Numbered from the stretch's first letter, positions 50,535 to 63,635 are shown. The stretch is DNA of 64,000 bases from Lama glama (GCA_028534125.1 CM052817.1:40116001-40180000); one strand, 5' to 3'. A program made the numbers and translations. The notes: generated by a model not told the origin, from the sequence alone.

Positions 50535-53500
50535 GTTAGTAACCATCTTTTTTTAAAAACGATAATTAATGCTTAAACATTATGAAAGAAATTCGTCCTT
50601 TTCTTGCTGAAATCTTGATTGAGTATGGTATTTCAGCTGAGAGTTTGAATCAGCAGCTGTTGCAGAAGGCAGTATAATAGAATCCCAGTTGTGTGTAATG
50701 TAGTATTTCATTCTGCTAGAAGCTGATACACAGTGTGCTTTAATACCACATCATCATAATTATTCCTCAGTGTGTGGGTAGCCATTTTATTGCTGGTTTA
50801 AAAACCTACCTTTTATACCAGTGAGGTAGGTTTAAATGGAATCAAATTATTTATCTTATTTTCTAAACTATGAAGCTGGGCCAGTTGGGTCAGTTGAAAT
50901 GACCAGTAGGCAAAGTATAAATGATAAATATAAACTTTATATCACTTTCATCCTTTACTTATTTTGAATCTGTAATTGCTAATAATAAGCAATTAAAACA
51001 TTCTGTTATTTGCTCAGTTGTAGTTTTTCTGGAGGATATTCCTGTTTGTAGTTCTTCCTGCTTCCTGTCTGCGTTTAAGCCTTCCAACCACCTGATATCC
51101 ATGTACAGACTCACACACATAACCTTTCTCCATATTTATCTACTTGCTGAAAAACTGAATGTTGTGAAAGGATCAGGACTGTTTATATTTAGGGCCTAAC
51201 GTTTTCCCTTGGAATACTGCTGCATATTCCATCAGTGTCAAAATGACATGGCGAATGACTGAGTTACTGGATGTAAATAGATGAGTTTAAAGGCCATTTG
51301 TTTACTCCTTCATTTTTATTAAAGGATCAGGAGGGTTGGAGCTTTTGCTGATAGCTAGTTCATCTAAGGGAAGGTGAAAGAAGAAACCTACTTTTTTTAA
51401 TTACCGCTGGGTGAAAATGGAAAATGCATGAGGGAAACAGTATTTTAGTATATATTGTACTAAAATTAGACATATCAAGTAATCATATTTTCTAATCCCT
51501 CTTTAAACTGATTTTGAAAGAAAATCTTTTATTGTAGTGTTCATAAAGAGAGGAAAAATGAAACTTGCATATTGCTGACTAAGGGAGTTGTTTATATCCT
51601 CTCATTACTTAGCAGGGAAGTAAGTGCCTCAAGTCCAATTTACTTAGATACCATAATGATATAAAAGAGTCATTAGGTACAGATGGTTGTATTTTATGTT
51701 TGTGTGTTTGTGTGCACACAGTATGCTGACTGTCTGTTCCCAGTGTGATGTTAACACTAATTTACTCATTATCAGTAATATGCCTGTGGTATGAGTAGAG
51801 AAGGAAGCTGAAGATTCACCCAGGAAGAGTGAAAGAATGGGTTGGACGTTTCATAATTCCAGTACATTTCCTGGTGCCTTCTTTTCCAGCCTTCTGTCTG
51901 CCTTGCTGCCTCTTTCTGCCTCTCTGTTGTCTCTGCCTCCTAGCAATTCCTCACCCTCGCTCTGCTTCCCTGCTGTTTCCTTTTTGCTGGCCTTCACATG
52001 ACCTCTCTGTCTCCCTGGCTCCTTCACCACTGTCTGTATATTCCCTCATCACACCTACTCACATGCACCTACCACCCATGTCGTTTCCCCTAGATTCACC
52101 CATATTTTTCTCTTTTTGTCTTTCTCTCCTATCCCATAAAAGATCTGGGTATATTTCATAGGAATAATGAGTTAAATTTACAGTTTCATTAGAGAGACAC
52201 TAAATAGTTGCTCAAGTTCATCAAATGTATTAATATGTCTTTCTAAGGGCTCAGTTCCCTATAAGGGGTTTACTTAAATGCCAAAATGAACTGGGCTCAT
52301 CTCTCACTTTTCCCACCAAAGCCATACGAACACCAATACTCAAAGGCTCCACCGTGTTAGATGCTGATGGACCCGGAAAATTGTTTGTTAACCTCTGTAG
52401 AATATAATCTACAATCTTGGTGAGGGAGGAAATCAATTTAAGAAATTAAGAACCCTCAAGCACTTGTAGGTATGGTTTCTAAAGTTTGGAAGGAAGCTGT
52501 TTGTAAAAGCTTGTTCAGAATTCCTTTTAAAGGCTGAAAAATTAAAGATTATGCCAGCTTCTATGTAAGCTGCAGTAGTGGTATTGTGGGTCATGCTGAA
52601 AGTTGAGGAGAAATCTAGACTGTTGACTTAGTTATACAGCATCAATACGACCCTTTCCCATATGTATCTTCTAATGTTCTTTTTTCTGACCACTTCATTT
52701 TCTGTTTTCTTCATTCCCCAAGTTTCAGTTAAAACTCAGCATGCAGATGCCAAGCTAATGTAAACTTAGAGTTCCCAAGTTTTCTAGTTCTGTGTGTGGG
52801 TGTGCATGTGTGCGTGTGCGCATAAGTGGGGACACTTCCCCTTTCCTTATCCAAATGAGAATCACGCGGATGTGACTCCCATGGGATGTGACTAAGGGCA
52901 GGCTACATGCGTCTTCCTCCTCATTTCACAGACCACCAGGAAGTTCCTATGTTTCTCTCCCTGTGCACTTACGTCAGAATCGCTGCTTGTGTGCTCTTGG
53001 ACCAGTGCCCAGCATCTCCTCTCCAAGGAAAAATGGTGTAGGGAGTCCCATCTTCAGTGTCCTAAGCATGAATTCAGACTTTTAATTCCTTTTAATTTGT
53101 TTTTTAATTCCTTATCATTTTCCTGAGACCAGTTTATAGTGGTTATTACAATCAGAACAGGTAACAGTTTCAAATTGGGTATTAGATCTCACTGCTCCTA
53201 TAATTCATGGTCATAACACTCTTTTTGTGGAACAACTTTATTGAGATATTGTTCACATCTACCATAAAATTCACCCTTGTTAAATACAATACAGTTTGGC
53301 AGTTTTTAGTTTATTCAGAGATACGCAGTCACCACCCCAATACACTCTTTCCGGAGGTCTCCTACCTTCCCCCATTCTGCCCAGTTTATCACCTTGCTGC
53401 AGGGACCTGCGCCCTTTCAGTCGGAGTGCTGTCTCTAATGGTCTTTCAGGGCTTTTAACTTTTTGTCTTCAGCCATCAACCCTCCTACCCTCCCATCCCC

Positions 53501-54689
53501 ACTAAAAGTAAAAAAATCTGTTAACATTGCTAACAGCCATTCTATCCAAGGAAGTCTGTTCTTTTTCTTTTATTGTTCAGAGCAGTTTGTTTGTTTCAGT
53601 TTAAATTCTGTTATCTCAACCTCTCTTTCATAGCAGGCTCTAGGCCTTTTGCATAAATAAAACCTGCAGGGATATCTTTTTTATCTTCTTAAATCCTTCC
53701 CTTAGACTGTGGAAATGAGCAGCATTAAAAATTGTACTGTTTTTGATCCAAACACACAGGTCTAGTGCCAACCTCTCTCCTGAATTTCATCATAGCATTT
53801 CTCCAGGTCAGATTTCATCTTCTCTTTAAATCAGCTCATCTTTGAATTCTTAGTTCTAATAGCCATCATTTTTCCCATTCGCTTGAAAGCTCCTTGATGA
53901 TTTACTTTTTTCTTCCCTTGCACCTACAATTCCTGACATCCAGTTAGTTGATAACTCATGTTCCTTTCACCTCCACCACGTTTCCTGCAGCTGTTCTCTC
54001 CTTTCCATTCCCAGTGCCGTCACCCCAGATTAGACCTGCATTTTTTTGTACTAACTTTCCTTGTTTCTTGCACCTCTGTTCTGTTTTACACACCTTCTGT
54101 CACATGCAGTTTCTTTCTGTGCCAGATTGTTTCTGTACTTCACAATGCTCAGAAACTTGTCATTACCTACTGAATTAAAAATACAGACTAAAGTTATAGA
54201 TGTCTAAGTAGGATTCAAGGTCTTCACCAAAACGGCCACCATCTGCCTTTTTGCCTTTTCTTGCCTACTTAAACCCTAGGTTCCAGCCAAACCCATCTGT
54301 TCACCAACATTTTATGAAGGACCTTGCTGCTTCCCAGCATCAGGCTCCATGTCTCATGCTCTGCCTCTGCATGGAAAGCCCTCTTCCAGTTTGCATCCCC
54401 ATTCAGCAGCCTGGCCATTGGTCAGGAGCCATCTCAGACACTGTCGTCCATGCATCTTTCCGTATTCCCATGCCTTGCCAATCAGATCTATGTTCTGTTC
54501 GCTTTGGACTCCCACAGCATTTTCTCTTTTTTTTTTTTTATTTTAACAGTATTTACTTTATTTGTTTATTTGGGTACTTGTCTGATCTGCTCTACTTGAA
54601 TGTAATCTCTTTGAGCAGGTGTCTTGCTTTAGTTTCCCTGAAACACTGTCCACAGTGCCATTTATATAGTAGTAATAACAATAACAATA

Positions 54690-54915
54690 ATGCCAGCTAA
54701 CATTTTATTGAGCACTCACTATTTTGAGTTGAGTACTGTTCTAATAAATTTTCATGAGTTAACATATTTAATTCTGTTACCCTGTAAGGGAGGTGCTCTC
54801 CCTATGTTGCAGATGGGGATACAGGCACAGAGAGTTTGAGTAGTTACAAAGCAGCAGAATTGGGATTTGAATCCCCAGTGTCTTAGGACTTACGAGACCG
54901 TGTTCTTAACCTTCC
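54690..54915 (-). mobile_element. MIR SINE
   Basis: gctaacattttattgagcact...gcagatggggatacaggcacagagag...gggatttgaatccc. Confidence 0.75.
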
Positions 54916-55388
54916 TGTGTGCTGCCTTTTAGTAGGTACTTTGTAAATAATGAATTATACAAGAATGTTATTTTCTCTGGCTTGACTATAAACACAGAAT
55001 TAGAAATAGTATGGAATACCATTGTTACCCAGTCCCCTGAATGGCAGTATTTTATTTATGCATCATTTCATCTGACTCTATGTAGTAGTGAATTATATAA
55101 AGCATCTGCATGCAGATTGAATTATTTTCAGTAGAATGTCCTAAATGACAGACATTCCCACGTAAAGTAGATAGACTGTAGCTACCTTAGTTACATGTTC
55201 CCTGCTAGATGGGTTAAAGAATTTTGAAGGTAACTACCTTGATTAAAGATTTTTCCAGATAGGAAACCAGTGGAATTCTTTAAGCTCTTTCATGAGGATA
55301 TCATGAGGCAACTAAGTATCTTAAATGTTTTAAATCCTATTTTCTGTAAATAATTTTCTGTTCTTCTCCTCCCCCCTTTTTTACAAAG

Positions 55389-55462
55389 CAAAGCCAGTGG
55401 TTGTTAATACCACCCCCGTGCGGATGTCAGTTCCACTTGTCTCAGCACAGACTGTCAAACAG
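55389..55462 (+). CDS. LIN54: LIN54 exon 6 ([25 protein letters not shown])
   Basis: Long pyrimidine tract then acaaag| acceptor, CAG|gtgagt donor, 74 nt, phase 1 to 0. Confidence 0.92.
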
Positions 55463-55544
55463 GTGAGTATCACATCACTTCGTCTCTTGGCCTCTCCCAG
55501 ACAATTTACTTTCAAAATTGAAAGTTAAGATTTAAGGTTAAGAC

Positions 55545-55745
55545 GTTTATTTGTTTGTTTGTTTTTTTATATTGAAATATAGTTGATGTACAATATACAT
55601 ATTACCAGTGTACAATAAGTGATTCATCATTTTTAAAGGTTATACTCCATTTACAATTATAAAGTATGGGCTCTATTCCCCATTTTGTGCAATATACCCT
55701 TGTAGCTTATTTTATATATAATAGTTTGTAACTCTTAATTCCCTA
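55545..55745 (-). mobile_element. Short L1 3' tail inside the 364-nt intron 6
   Basis: (TTTG)n tail then attgaaatatagttgatgtacaata...gtgattca...ttgtagcttattttatatataatagtttgta. Confidence 0.7.
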
Positions 55746-55826
55746 AGTTTAAGAGATTCATACCAAATTGAGAAGCTGTAAAATTTACTTTTATAATCAT
55801 TGGTATAATCATTCCTTTCTTTTTAG

Positions 55827-56024
55827 GTTGTTCCCAAACCAATCAATCCAACTTCACAAATAGTTACCAGCAGCCAGCCACAGCAGCGGCTCATCATGCC
55901 GGCCACGCCACTGCCACAGATCCAGCCAAACCTCACCAACCTGCCACCAGGCACTGTGCTGGCACCGGCTCCAGGCACAGGGAATGTAGGCTATGCAGTG
56001 CTTCCAGCTCAGTACGTGACTCAG
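55827..56024 (+). CDS. LIN54: LIN54 exon 7 ([11 protein letters not shown]...VLPAQYVTQ)
   Basis: ttttag| acceptor, CAG|gtatgg donor, 198 nt, phase 0 to 0. Confidence 0.95.
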
Positions 56025-57178
56025 GTATGGGCAAAAAATTAAGTCACTGCATTTCATAAAGGCTAATTGGGTCTAAGATGTCTAGACTATCGCATTCTAA
56101 AACTACTCAAAAACATCTAACTTAGTGTTGGAATGGCTCTTTCCAAATCCTTGAAATGTTAATGAAAACTTCTAAGGGTATTTTTACATTTTTAGCGTTT
56201 AGAAATAAACAGCACAGGTCAGGTTTACAAGTCAGACAATTTGGAGCTGAGAGCAGTTTGGTGAGACGGCAAGATCATGCAGACATAAGAGAAAATAGAT
56301 TGAGTTAAAATGAGCAGAATCCCAAATCAGTTTAGAAAGGACCATGCTCTTCCTCACATGTGAATATGATGCCTTTGACTTGTTCTTGGAAAATAGATTG
56401 TGAGATGCGTTTCCAGGTGACATATCTTTAGTGATCTGTCCAGATCTGGTCATCTTCAGATGACATCTGGCCATCTTTGGAATCAGAGCCATATATTACC
56501 TAGAGTTGGCTGGCTTGGCGTAGGAATGCTGCTTTCTAGGAGGCAGACAGAAGTTTTCTTTTTCATGTAAGAACCAAGCAAATTAGCACCATGTTCTAAG
56601 CTACTGAGTTGACCTACCCAGATTGTAAGAGAGAGAGAGGAACAGGAACCTTTCTGTGTACTTTAATGAAATGTATTTTGTAGTATGTTATGTGCCTACA
56701 GATTAAAAAAATTAATGTTCAGTATTTTTATCATTAGCATCTCTTTTCTTATGTTTAGAAATCAGTATAAATAAAAACTTAGTACATATGTAACTTCTCA
56801 TTCTCTATAACTCGTGATGAATGATCAGTATAGTACCTGTTTTATTTGCAAGTAGACACATTGCATTTTTCTAGCTGGTACACGTTATTACAGTACTTTT
56901 GGGGCATTCATCTAGAATTTCCTAATGCTGACATACTTACTCCTTTGTGAAAGAATTTCTTGTATTTGTACCATGTAGTACTTCAAAATGTTTACATTGT
57001 TTTCACCTCTGGTATTAGTTTGGGTCTTTAGAAGAGTTCCAAGAGTTGGTATATTTTTATGAAATTCTTCATTCTGTTTTTCCTATTTTAGTAGGTGAAT
57101 GTGTGCTTCTTACTGATCACTATATCTAAAAGTATCCATTTTTGTAAATATGATCTAAAATAGCTTTTTTATTTGTAG

Positions 57179-57270
57179 CTACAGCAGTCTTCATATGTGT
57201 CTATAGCAAGCAACTCAAACTTTACTGGAACACCTGGTATCCAGACCCAGGCAAGGCTTCCATTCAATGG
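57179..57270 (+). CDS. LIN54: LIN54 exon 8 ([31 protein letters not shown])
   Basis: ttgtag| acceptor, TGG|gtgagt donor, 92 nt, phase 0 to 2. Confidence 0.95.
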
Positions 57271-58084
57271 GTGAGTAGTTTGAATATATGTAAATTAAGA
57301 TGTTGGATCAGATTAAATAAAGCATCAAATATATGCATTTCAAAATATATGTATATGTGAGTATTTGACTTTTTTTCCCTTCAAAGATATGTGGGCATGC
57401 CTCTGTGGTTCTTTTTATTTTGAAATACTTTGAACAGAAGTTGCAGGAATAGTCAGAGAACTCCCAAATTATCTTTTACTTGGATTCATCAGTTATGCCA
57501 CATGTATTTTATTACTTTCTCTCTGTCTCTCTTCTCCTTCTCTCTCATCCTGAATATGTTTTTTAAATGATTCTATTTTTTAAATTATTGTTAGATCTTT
57601 GCTTTTTTGTTTGTTTGTTTGTTTTTTAATCTGTTAATTGCTGCCTTTGCAGTATTGTTTGAGAAGCAGTTCTTAGTTAATTAGTTGGAACCAGGCTACC
57701 TTACCTCTCCCCTTCCAAATTCCAACCTCACACACCCTTTTCTACTTACTACCTTTTATAATTGACTCCTAAAGTCTTTAAGAGATTTCAACTTTAGTTC
57801 TCTCAGAAGGAAGAGTATTTTTTGTGGAGTGTTCTTTAGAAGCTGTTGATAACTTCCTTTTCTTTTTTTTAATCCTTATCTTGGCTCTCTACCTTTTTTT
57901 TCGTCTTACAGCTTGCTTTTGAACTTAATGTAAATGGAACAACATAGCAAACTTTTATTAGAGATGGATACATTTGTTAAAGCTTTATTTTAGGAGGAAT
58001 TTACAGATTGGAGACTTTTCTAATTTTAAATAGTTATCTTTAATTGATTAAAATATATGTCTTTTGTGTGTGTGTCCCTATTAG

Positions 58085-58156
58085 CATAATCCCATCAGAG
58101 TCTGCCAGTCGGCCCAGAAAGCCCTGTAACTGTACAAAATCGCTGTGTTTGAAATT
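58085..58156 (+). CDS. LIN54: LIN54 exon 9, start of CXC domain 1 ([24 protein letters not shown])
   Basis: tattag| acceptor, TT|gtaagt donor, 72 nt, phase 2 to 2; CNC...CLK tesmin/CRC motif. Confidence 0.96.
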
Positions 58157-58205
58157 GTAAGTCTTTTTGCTACTGTTTCCTTATTTGATATAACTGAAAA
58201 TGCTT

Positions 58206-58325
58206 CTTTCTTTTTGGTGGGGGTGGTAAATTAGGTTTATTTATTTTTGGTGGAGGCACTGGGGATTGAACCCAGGATCTTGTGCATGCTAAGTATGCAC
58301 TCTACCACTAAGCTCTACCCTCCCC
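58206..58325 (-). mobile_element. tRNA-derived SINE (Vic-1-like)
   Basis: Reverse A/B boxes and tail; perfect 13-bp TSD actgaaaatgctt at 58193-58205 and 58326-58338. Confidence 0.92.
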
Positions 58326-59045
58326 ACTGAAAATGCTTTTAAAAATAAATGGACTTAACTAAAAATTCATAACAGACCAATTTCATAAGTCTAAGTAAAA
58401 AAACAAGTGAATGAGCACATATGACAATGTAAAAGTACTCTTTCCTTCCTTCCTTCCTTCCTTCATTCATCCATTCAGAGTATTTACCATGGGTGAGGCG
58501 CTGGAGTAGGGGTTAGGGGCATAGCAGTGTGAGACAGATGTGGTCTCTGTCCTTACTAGTAAGTTTGATCTTATTTATGACCTTTATATTTGGTCTCCTA
58601 AATGAGTAGTTTTTTAAATCGTTGATTAATTTGCTTGTTAGTACTAAAGTAAGAGATTTGATGTGAAACAGTTAAATGAAAGCACTGGTCTTATTTATGG
58701 GTGTTTAGAATCCCAAGAAACATGACAGTAGTTCAGGTGAGCAGGTTCCACAGGTAGAATATAGCCCATGTTTTTCCTTTTTCATGTTTTTGAAATAACT
58801 TACTTTTGGGGCACATGGAATCATGTAGCTCTTGTGCTGACAGCTGTTACTACTAGAACTAAATTTTTAAACTAAAATTTTTGAACCTTGTCATGTGGTT
58901 GACAATCAGTATATGTTGTTAACTCTGTAAGTTGGTGACTCTTGAGTGCATTTCTAAAATACTTTACTGCATATACAATGCTATTAAATAAAATAATTTC
59001 TAGTTTTGTTTAACAGTATGACTTACATTGATTTTTATGTTCCAG

Positions 59046-59148
59046 ATATTGTGATTGCTTCGCAAATGGTGAATTTTGCAACAACTGCAATTGTACTAAT
59101 TGTTATAATAACTTGGAACATGAAAATGAAAGGCAAAAAGCAATAAAG
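59046..59148 (+). CDS. LIN54: LIN54 exon 10, rest of CXC1 ([34 protein letters not shown])
   Basis: ttccag| acceptor, AAG|gtgatt donor, 103 nt, phase 2 to 0. Confidence 0.96.
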
Positions 59149-59306
59149 GTGATTATTTTTTATTTCACTTTAACTGATAAAAATTTTCAATTTTACCTGG
59201 TTTGTGTTGAATGCAAGTATTTTACACAGAAAATTAATTCCCTTTGCAAAGTTTAAGTTTAATCTACTATAACTAACATCGCTTGATGTTTGATCTGTTT
59301 TGATAG

Positions 59307-59444
59307 GCATGCCTTGACAGAAACCCAGAAGCTTTTAAGCCTAAGATAGGGAAAGGAAAGGAGGGAGAATCAGATCGACGTCACAGCAAAGGATGTAATT
59401 GCAAACGATCAGGATGTCTTAAAAACTACTGTGAATGCTACGAG
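59307..59444 (+). CDS. LIN54: LIN54 exon 11, RNPEAFKPK hinge and start of CXC2 ([15 protein letters not shown]...[18 protein letters not shown])
   Basis: tgatag| acceptor, GAG|gtgagg donor, 138 nt, phase 0 to 0; RNPxAFxPK motif of the tesmin/TSO1 family. Confidence 0.97.
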
Positions 59445-59791
59445 GTGAGGTGCTGGGTGGGGAAAACAATCTAACCATCTTTTGAAAATAACTTCAGAAA
59501 GGGCATACAATAAAAATTGACTTGGAAATTGGGAAATTGACTTTGCTATTGCAGTTTGAAAATGTGCACAGTCAGCCCAAGAGACCTAATTTGAGGGAGG
59601 ACCTACTTTCTGGCCTCCCAAGCAGGGTTTCAGAGGAGCAGTACCTTGGTTTTGTTATTAGAGCTCAGGGTCTCACGAGCTGACTTACCAACTCATAATT
59701 TCTTGGTCATTATACCTGAAAGTATGAGAATCACAGCACCAGTTTATTGATTTTCAATAAAATAACATCAAAGTGGACTGGAAACTCTATA

Positions 59792-59951
59792 GTAGTGGTT
59801 CTCCACTAGGGGTATTACGACCCAGTCTCTTTCCCCCACAGCTTTTTGGAAATATATGTGGATAATAAAATAGCTACACTCCAGGTTGCAGTCCTGAAAG
59901 TATACACTTCTCTTGCCCCAAATGCCAGTAGTGCCCTGTTGAAGAACATTG
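59792..59951. mobile_element. MER20-like hAT element
   Basis: tagtggttctccactagggg...gccccaaatgccagtagtgcc..gttgaagaacattg termini. Confidence 0.6.
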
Positions 59952-62729
59952 CTCTGTGGAAAACTAAGTTATGTTGAGAAGTTTGTGTTATGAGCATAGA
60001 AGTAGCTAAGGAGGAATATGTAATAGCTGGATGAGGTTTTGGTCATTGTGAGGTGATTGCATCCATTTTTACTATTTCGTCACCCCACTCAATTGACTGT
60101 TTTGATTTATTGGTCGGGCTACTTTTCTGGAAAATATGTATTGAAACTATTTTGACAGATGCCATGTAAATCATCTGCTTCTTGTTTCAGACAAAGTACT
60201 GTATAGTTTATTATTTTCATTTTCAAAGCTTAAATAAAACAATCTAGTCATGCCCAAGATTAACACTAGAAGACTATTACAGTTTTCTTGACTCACCCAG
60301 AACTCTTCACTGACAGTCTTTTGAGTTGAGTCATTACTATTTCTCATCTACTAAATTTTTATTCTTTCAACTTTCATATTCAGAGGGAAATAGTATTTTT
60401 AGTTTTGGCAGAAGGCCTGGCCTTGCACTTGGTGAAGTGATGCCAGTGAGGACGGCGCTCTCCCCGGCCAGGTTTGCTCGGCTCCAGGAGCGAGTGCCTG
60501 CGGCTGCGTGCCCACCCTCACCCAGCGTGGCATAGTAGATTTTGTGTACTGTATTCTGTCTGTATTGAATAATTTCAGAGGGCAAATACTCCTTTCAAGA
60601 GGTATAGTAAAGTAACATTTTGTTAGTCCTAAAGTCAACAGGAGTGAAAATTGCATATAATCAAAATTATTTTTGAAAGTCTCTTAAACAATGTCTCAGA
60701 GTCCAACAAGTCAGTTTTTCATCCAGTCATGGGAAAGACTGACTCTTTTGTTTGAACACCTGATGAAATAGTGGCTTCAGTTCATAAACCATGTCATACA
60801 AAAATTGTCATGAATATGTAAAAATGTAAGCTGTAAAACCAGGCCCACAAAAAAAAAGAGAAAATGGAAACTGATATGAAGCTGGGTCAGAAGGGCAAAG
60901 AAACCCTTTCTTGCATATGGCATCGAAAAATCAATATATACTAAGCATATGAAATTCAGACAGACATAAACTAATGATTTCATTGAACCGATTGACCACT
61001 CTGTGAATTATTAGATGTAGAAAAGGCAGTGGACTGGTTGAAATATGTTAGAAAAGAGAAAGCTGCCCTATCTATTATAATAAAATCCTTTACAGTCAGG
61101 ACATAACAGCATTTAATAAACAATGTGTTGTTCTAAAAGACCAAAACGTGGGAAAATTTGAAATACACTGGACTTTGACTAGCAGTGGCTATTTGACTCA
61201 CTGTTAATTAGCTGTAATGTCTGACAGTTTGTGTTCATTGTTGGTCTTTTGAATTAAATTGTCTCTTGTGGTCCAGTTGGTTTGCATCTGGATAACACAT
61301 TCATGTTCCTTTCACATGCCTTTCAAGGCTTGTTGATTGAATGAGTGACTGTCCACAACATTTAAATGATCTTGATCATGCCTTCTCTTGTGACCTTCCC
61401 CCCCTTCTTTTTTTTTTTTGCCACAAGGGAAGTTGAATTAGCAAAGCTAAATTGATGCCTTGTTATTTTAATTTCTTCCTCCTGAGTTCCTATTAGACAT
61501 TATTAGGATATACTTTCTTATAATTCTTAAAACTTAATCCGAATTACCATTATTGGTATATCCTCCCCTTCCCCCAGGTTAGGGATTTTCCATTAGACAC
61601 TTACGAAGTATTGCTTCAGTTGGGTTCCCAGACTGGCTCATAGTAATCCAGTTAACTAAAATGTATATCCATTTTTCCCCTTGGTAAATGGAGTTTATTA
61701 GTGTATTGTAAGAAAGGAACAAGGTAGATGTGTTCATAATACAATGTTTGTATTGCTAGATCCTGTAGAGAGAAAGGACAGTAGGTTTGTTAATTTATTT
61801 AAATTGATCTGGGTTCACTGAAGAAAATGCAACCAACAAAATATATTAAAATTTACTAGGAGTCTGGGAAATGTAAATTAAAGAGCAATGAAATCTTACT
61901 TTACCTCTTCCCCCCCGTCAGATTGGTAAATATTAAAAAGAGTTATAATATACATTGTTAGAGGGCATGTGGGAAAGGCTTCATTTTTACATTGCTGATG
62001 AGATGTGAGGTGTTATATAGCCTTTTGACAAAACAATCTGGCCGCATCTATAAAACTAAAATACATGTACCCTTTGACCGGTGAGCCCAATTCTTCTAGC
62101 TCATAGAAATAAAAGCATAATATATATAAAAAATCTTCTTATGCGTTCTTTGTAGAACTCAAGATCTGGCAACAAAATAGGAGAGTGAATGCCCAAATAA
62201 AATGTGGCACAGCCATACCAGGGATTACTACCCAGCTGTTCAATAGAGTGAATTCAGCCCCTGCCAGGTGCCTTGGAGGGAGAGATTCCATGAAGTATAG
62301 TGTGAGAAAAGGGAGATGCAGAAAAGTGGGTATCATTTACGTAAATGATTATGTAAAACAAACTAAGAAAAAGGAGACTTCTATATTTGTAAATTAACAT
62401 ATATGTACATATATGTTAATTTACATATGTCTGTGTTTTTCATTAAATATACACATAGCTTAGATATTTTTACATGAAAGGACACACTGGTTTAATATAT
62501 AACACTGAAGTGTTTGGGGAATCTGGAGAGGAGGTTTAGGAAGGAGGAGGTATCAGTAATAAAAAAACGTCTATGAAATCCCTTTAATGTGATATTGTGT
62601 GTGTGTTTGCATACGTAGGAGGTTATCAGCATGCTAATGGTTGCTGATTGAGGTTGCTGGATTCTGAATGACTTTTATTTTTTAGTATTGTAATGTATCA
62701 CTCATATTTTTTAATAAATAATACATTAT

Positions 62730-63635
62730 CGAGATTACAAGACCATAGAAAAAATCAACCAAACCAAAAGCTGGTTTTTTGAAAAAGTAAATAAAATCGA
62801 CAAACCTCTGGCCAAACTCACAAAGAAGAAAAAAGAGAGAGCACAAATTAGCAAAATAAGAAAGGAAAATGGAGAAATTACAACAAACAAAATAGAAATA
62901 CAGAATATCATACGAGAATACTATGAAAAACTATATGGAACCAAACTGGATAACCTAGAGGAGATGGACAAGTTTCTGGAAACATACTGTCCACCAAANN
63001 NNNNNNNNNNNNNNNNNNNNNNNNNNNNNNNNNNNNNNNNNNNNNNNNNNNNNNNNNNNNNNNNNNNNNNNNNNNNNNNNNNNNNNNNNNNNNNNNNNNN
63101 NNNNNNNNNNNNNNNNNNNNNNNNNNNNNNNNNNNNNNNNNNNNNNNNNNNNNNNNNNNNNNNNNNNNNNNNNNNNNNNNNNNNNNNNNNNNNNNNNNNN
63201 NNNNNNNNNNNNNNNNNNNNNNNNNNNNNNNNNNNNNNNNNNNNNNNNNNNNNNNNNNNNNNNNNNNNNNNNNNNNNNNNNNNNNNNNNNNNNNNNNNNN
63301 NNNNNNNNNNNNNNNNNNNNNNNNNNNNNNNNNNNNNNNNNNNNNNNNNNNNNNNNNNNNNNNNNNNNNNNNNNNNNNNNNNNNNNNNNNNNNNNNNNNN
63401 NNNNNNNNNNNNNNNNNNNNNNNNNNNNNNNNNNNNNNNNNNNNNNNNNNNNNNNNNNNNNNNNNNNNNNNNNNNNNNNNNNNNNNNNNNNNNNNNNNTG
63501 ATAAATCACAGAGAAAAAAATGTGACAATGAGTGTGTATATGTCCATGAATGACTGAAAAATTGTGCTGAACACTGGAATTTGACACAACATTGTAAAAT
63601 GATTATAAATCAAAAAATGTTAAAATAAATAAATA
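62730..63635 (+). mobile_element. Young 5'-truncated L1 spanning an assembly gap
   Basis: Uninterrupted ORF2 frame 62739-62998 ([31 protein letters not shown]...[24 protein letters not shown]), L1 3' end after the gap, perfect 17-bp TSD aataaataatacattat at 62713-62729 and 63636-63652. Confidence 0.92.
62999..63498. other. Assembly gap (500 N)
   Basis: Run of exactly 500 N. Confidence 1.

Noticed and set aside
50802..50833. Hairpin containing TGAGGTAG (let-7-like 5' end)
   Set aside because: Stem is only about 10-11 bp and the sequence diverges from let-7 after 8 nt; too short for a pre-miRNA.
52248..52469. Possible 222-nt cassette exon in intron 5 (ctaag|...TAG|gtatgg)
   Set aside because: In the required phase it hits TAA within six codons, and the longer open frame cannot be reached from an AG; no support without RNA data.
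58148..58153. TTTGAA inside exon 9 and many intronic TTTGAA/TTCAAA hexamers as CHR sites
   Set aside because: CHRs act next to a TSS; the hexamer is frequent by chance in AT-rich DNA.
59800..59818. CTCF-like CCACTAGGGGTA in the MER20-like element
   Set aside because: Mismatches the conserved GGC end of the core; too weak to call.
62908..63587. Approximately 200-aa ORFs near the window end
   Set aside because: Artefacts of translating the N gap; only the L1 ORF2 fragment before the gap is real.
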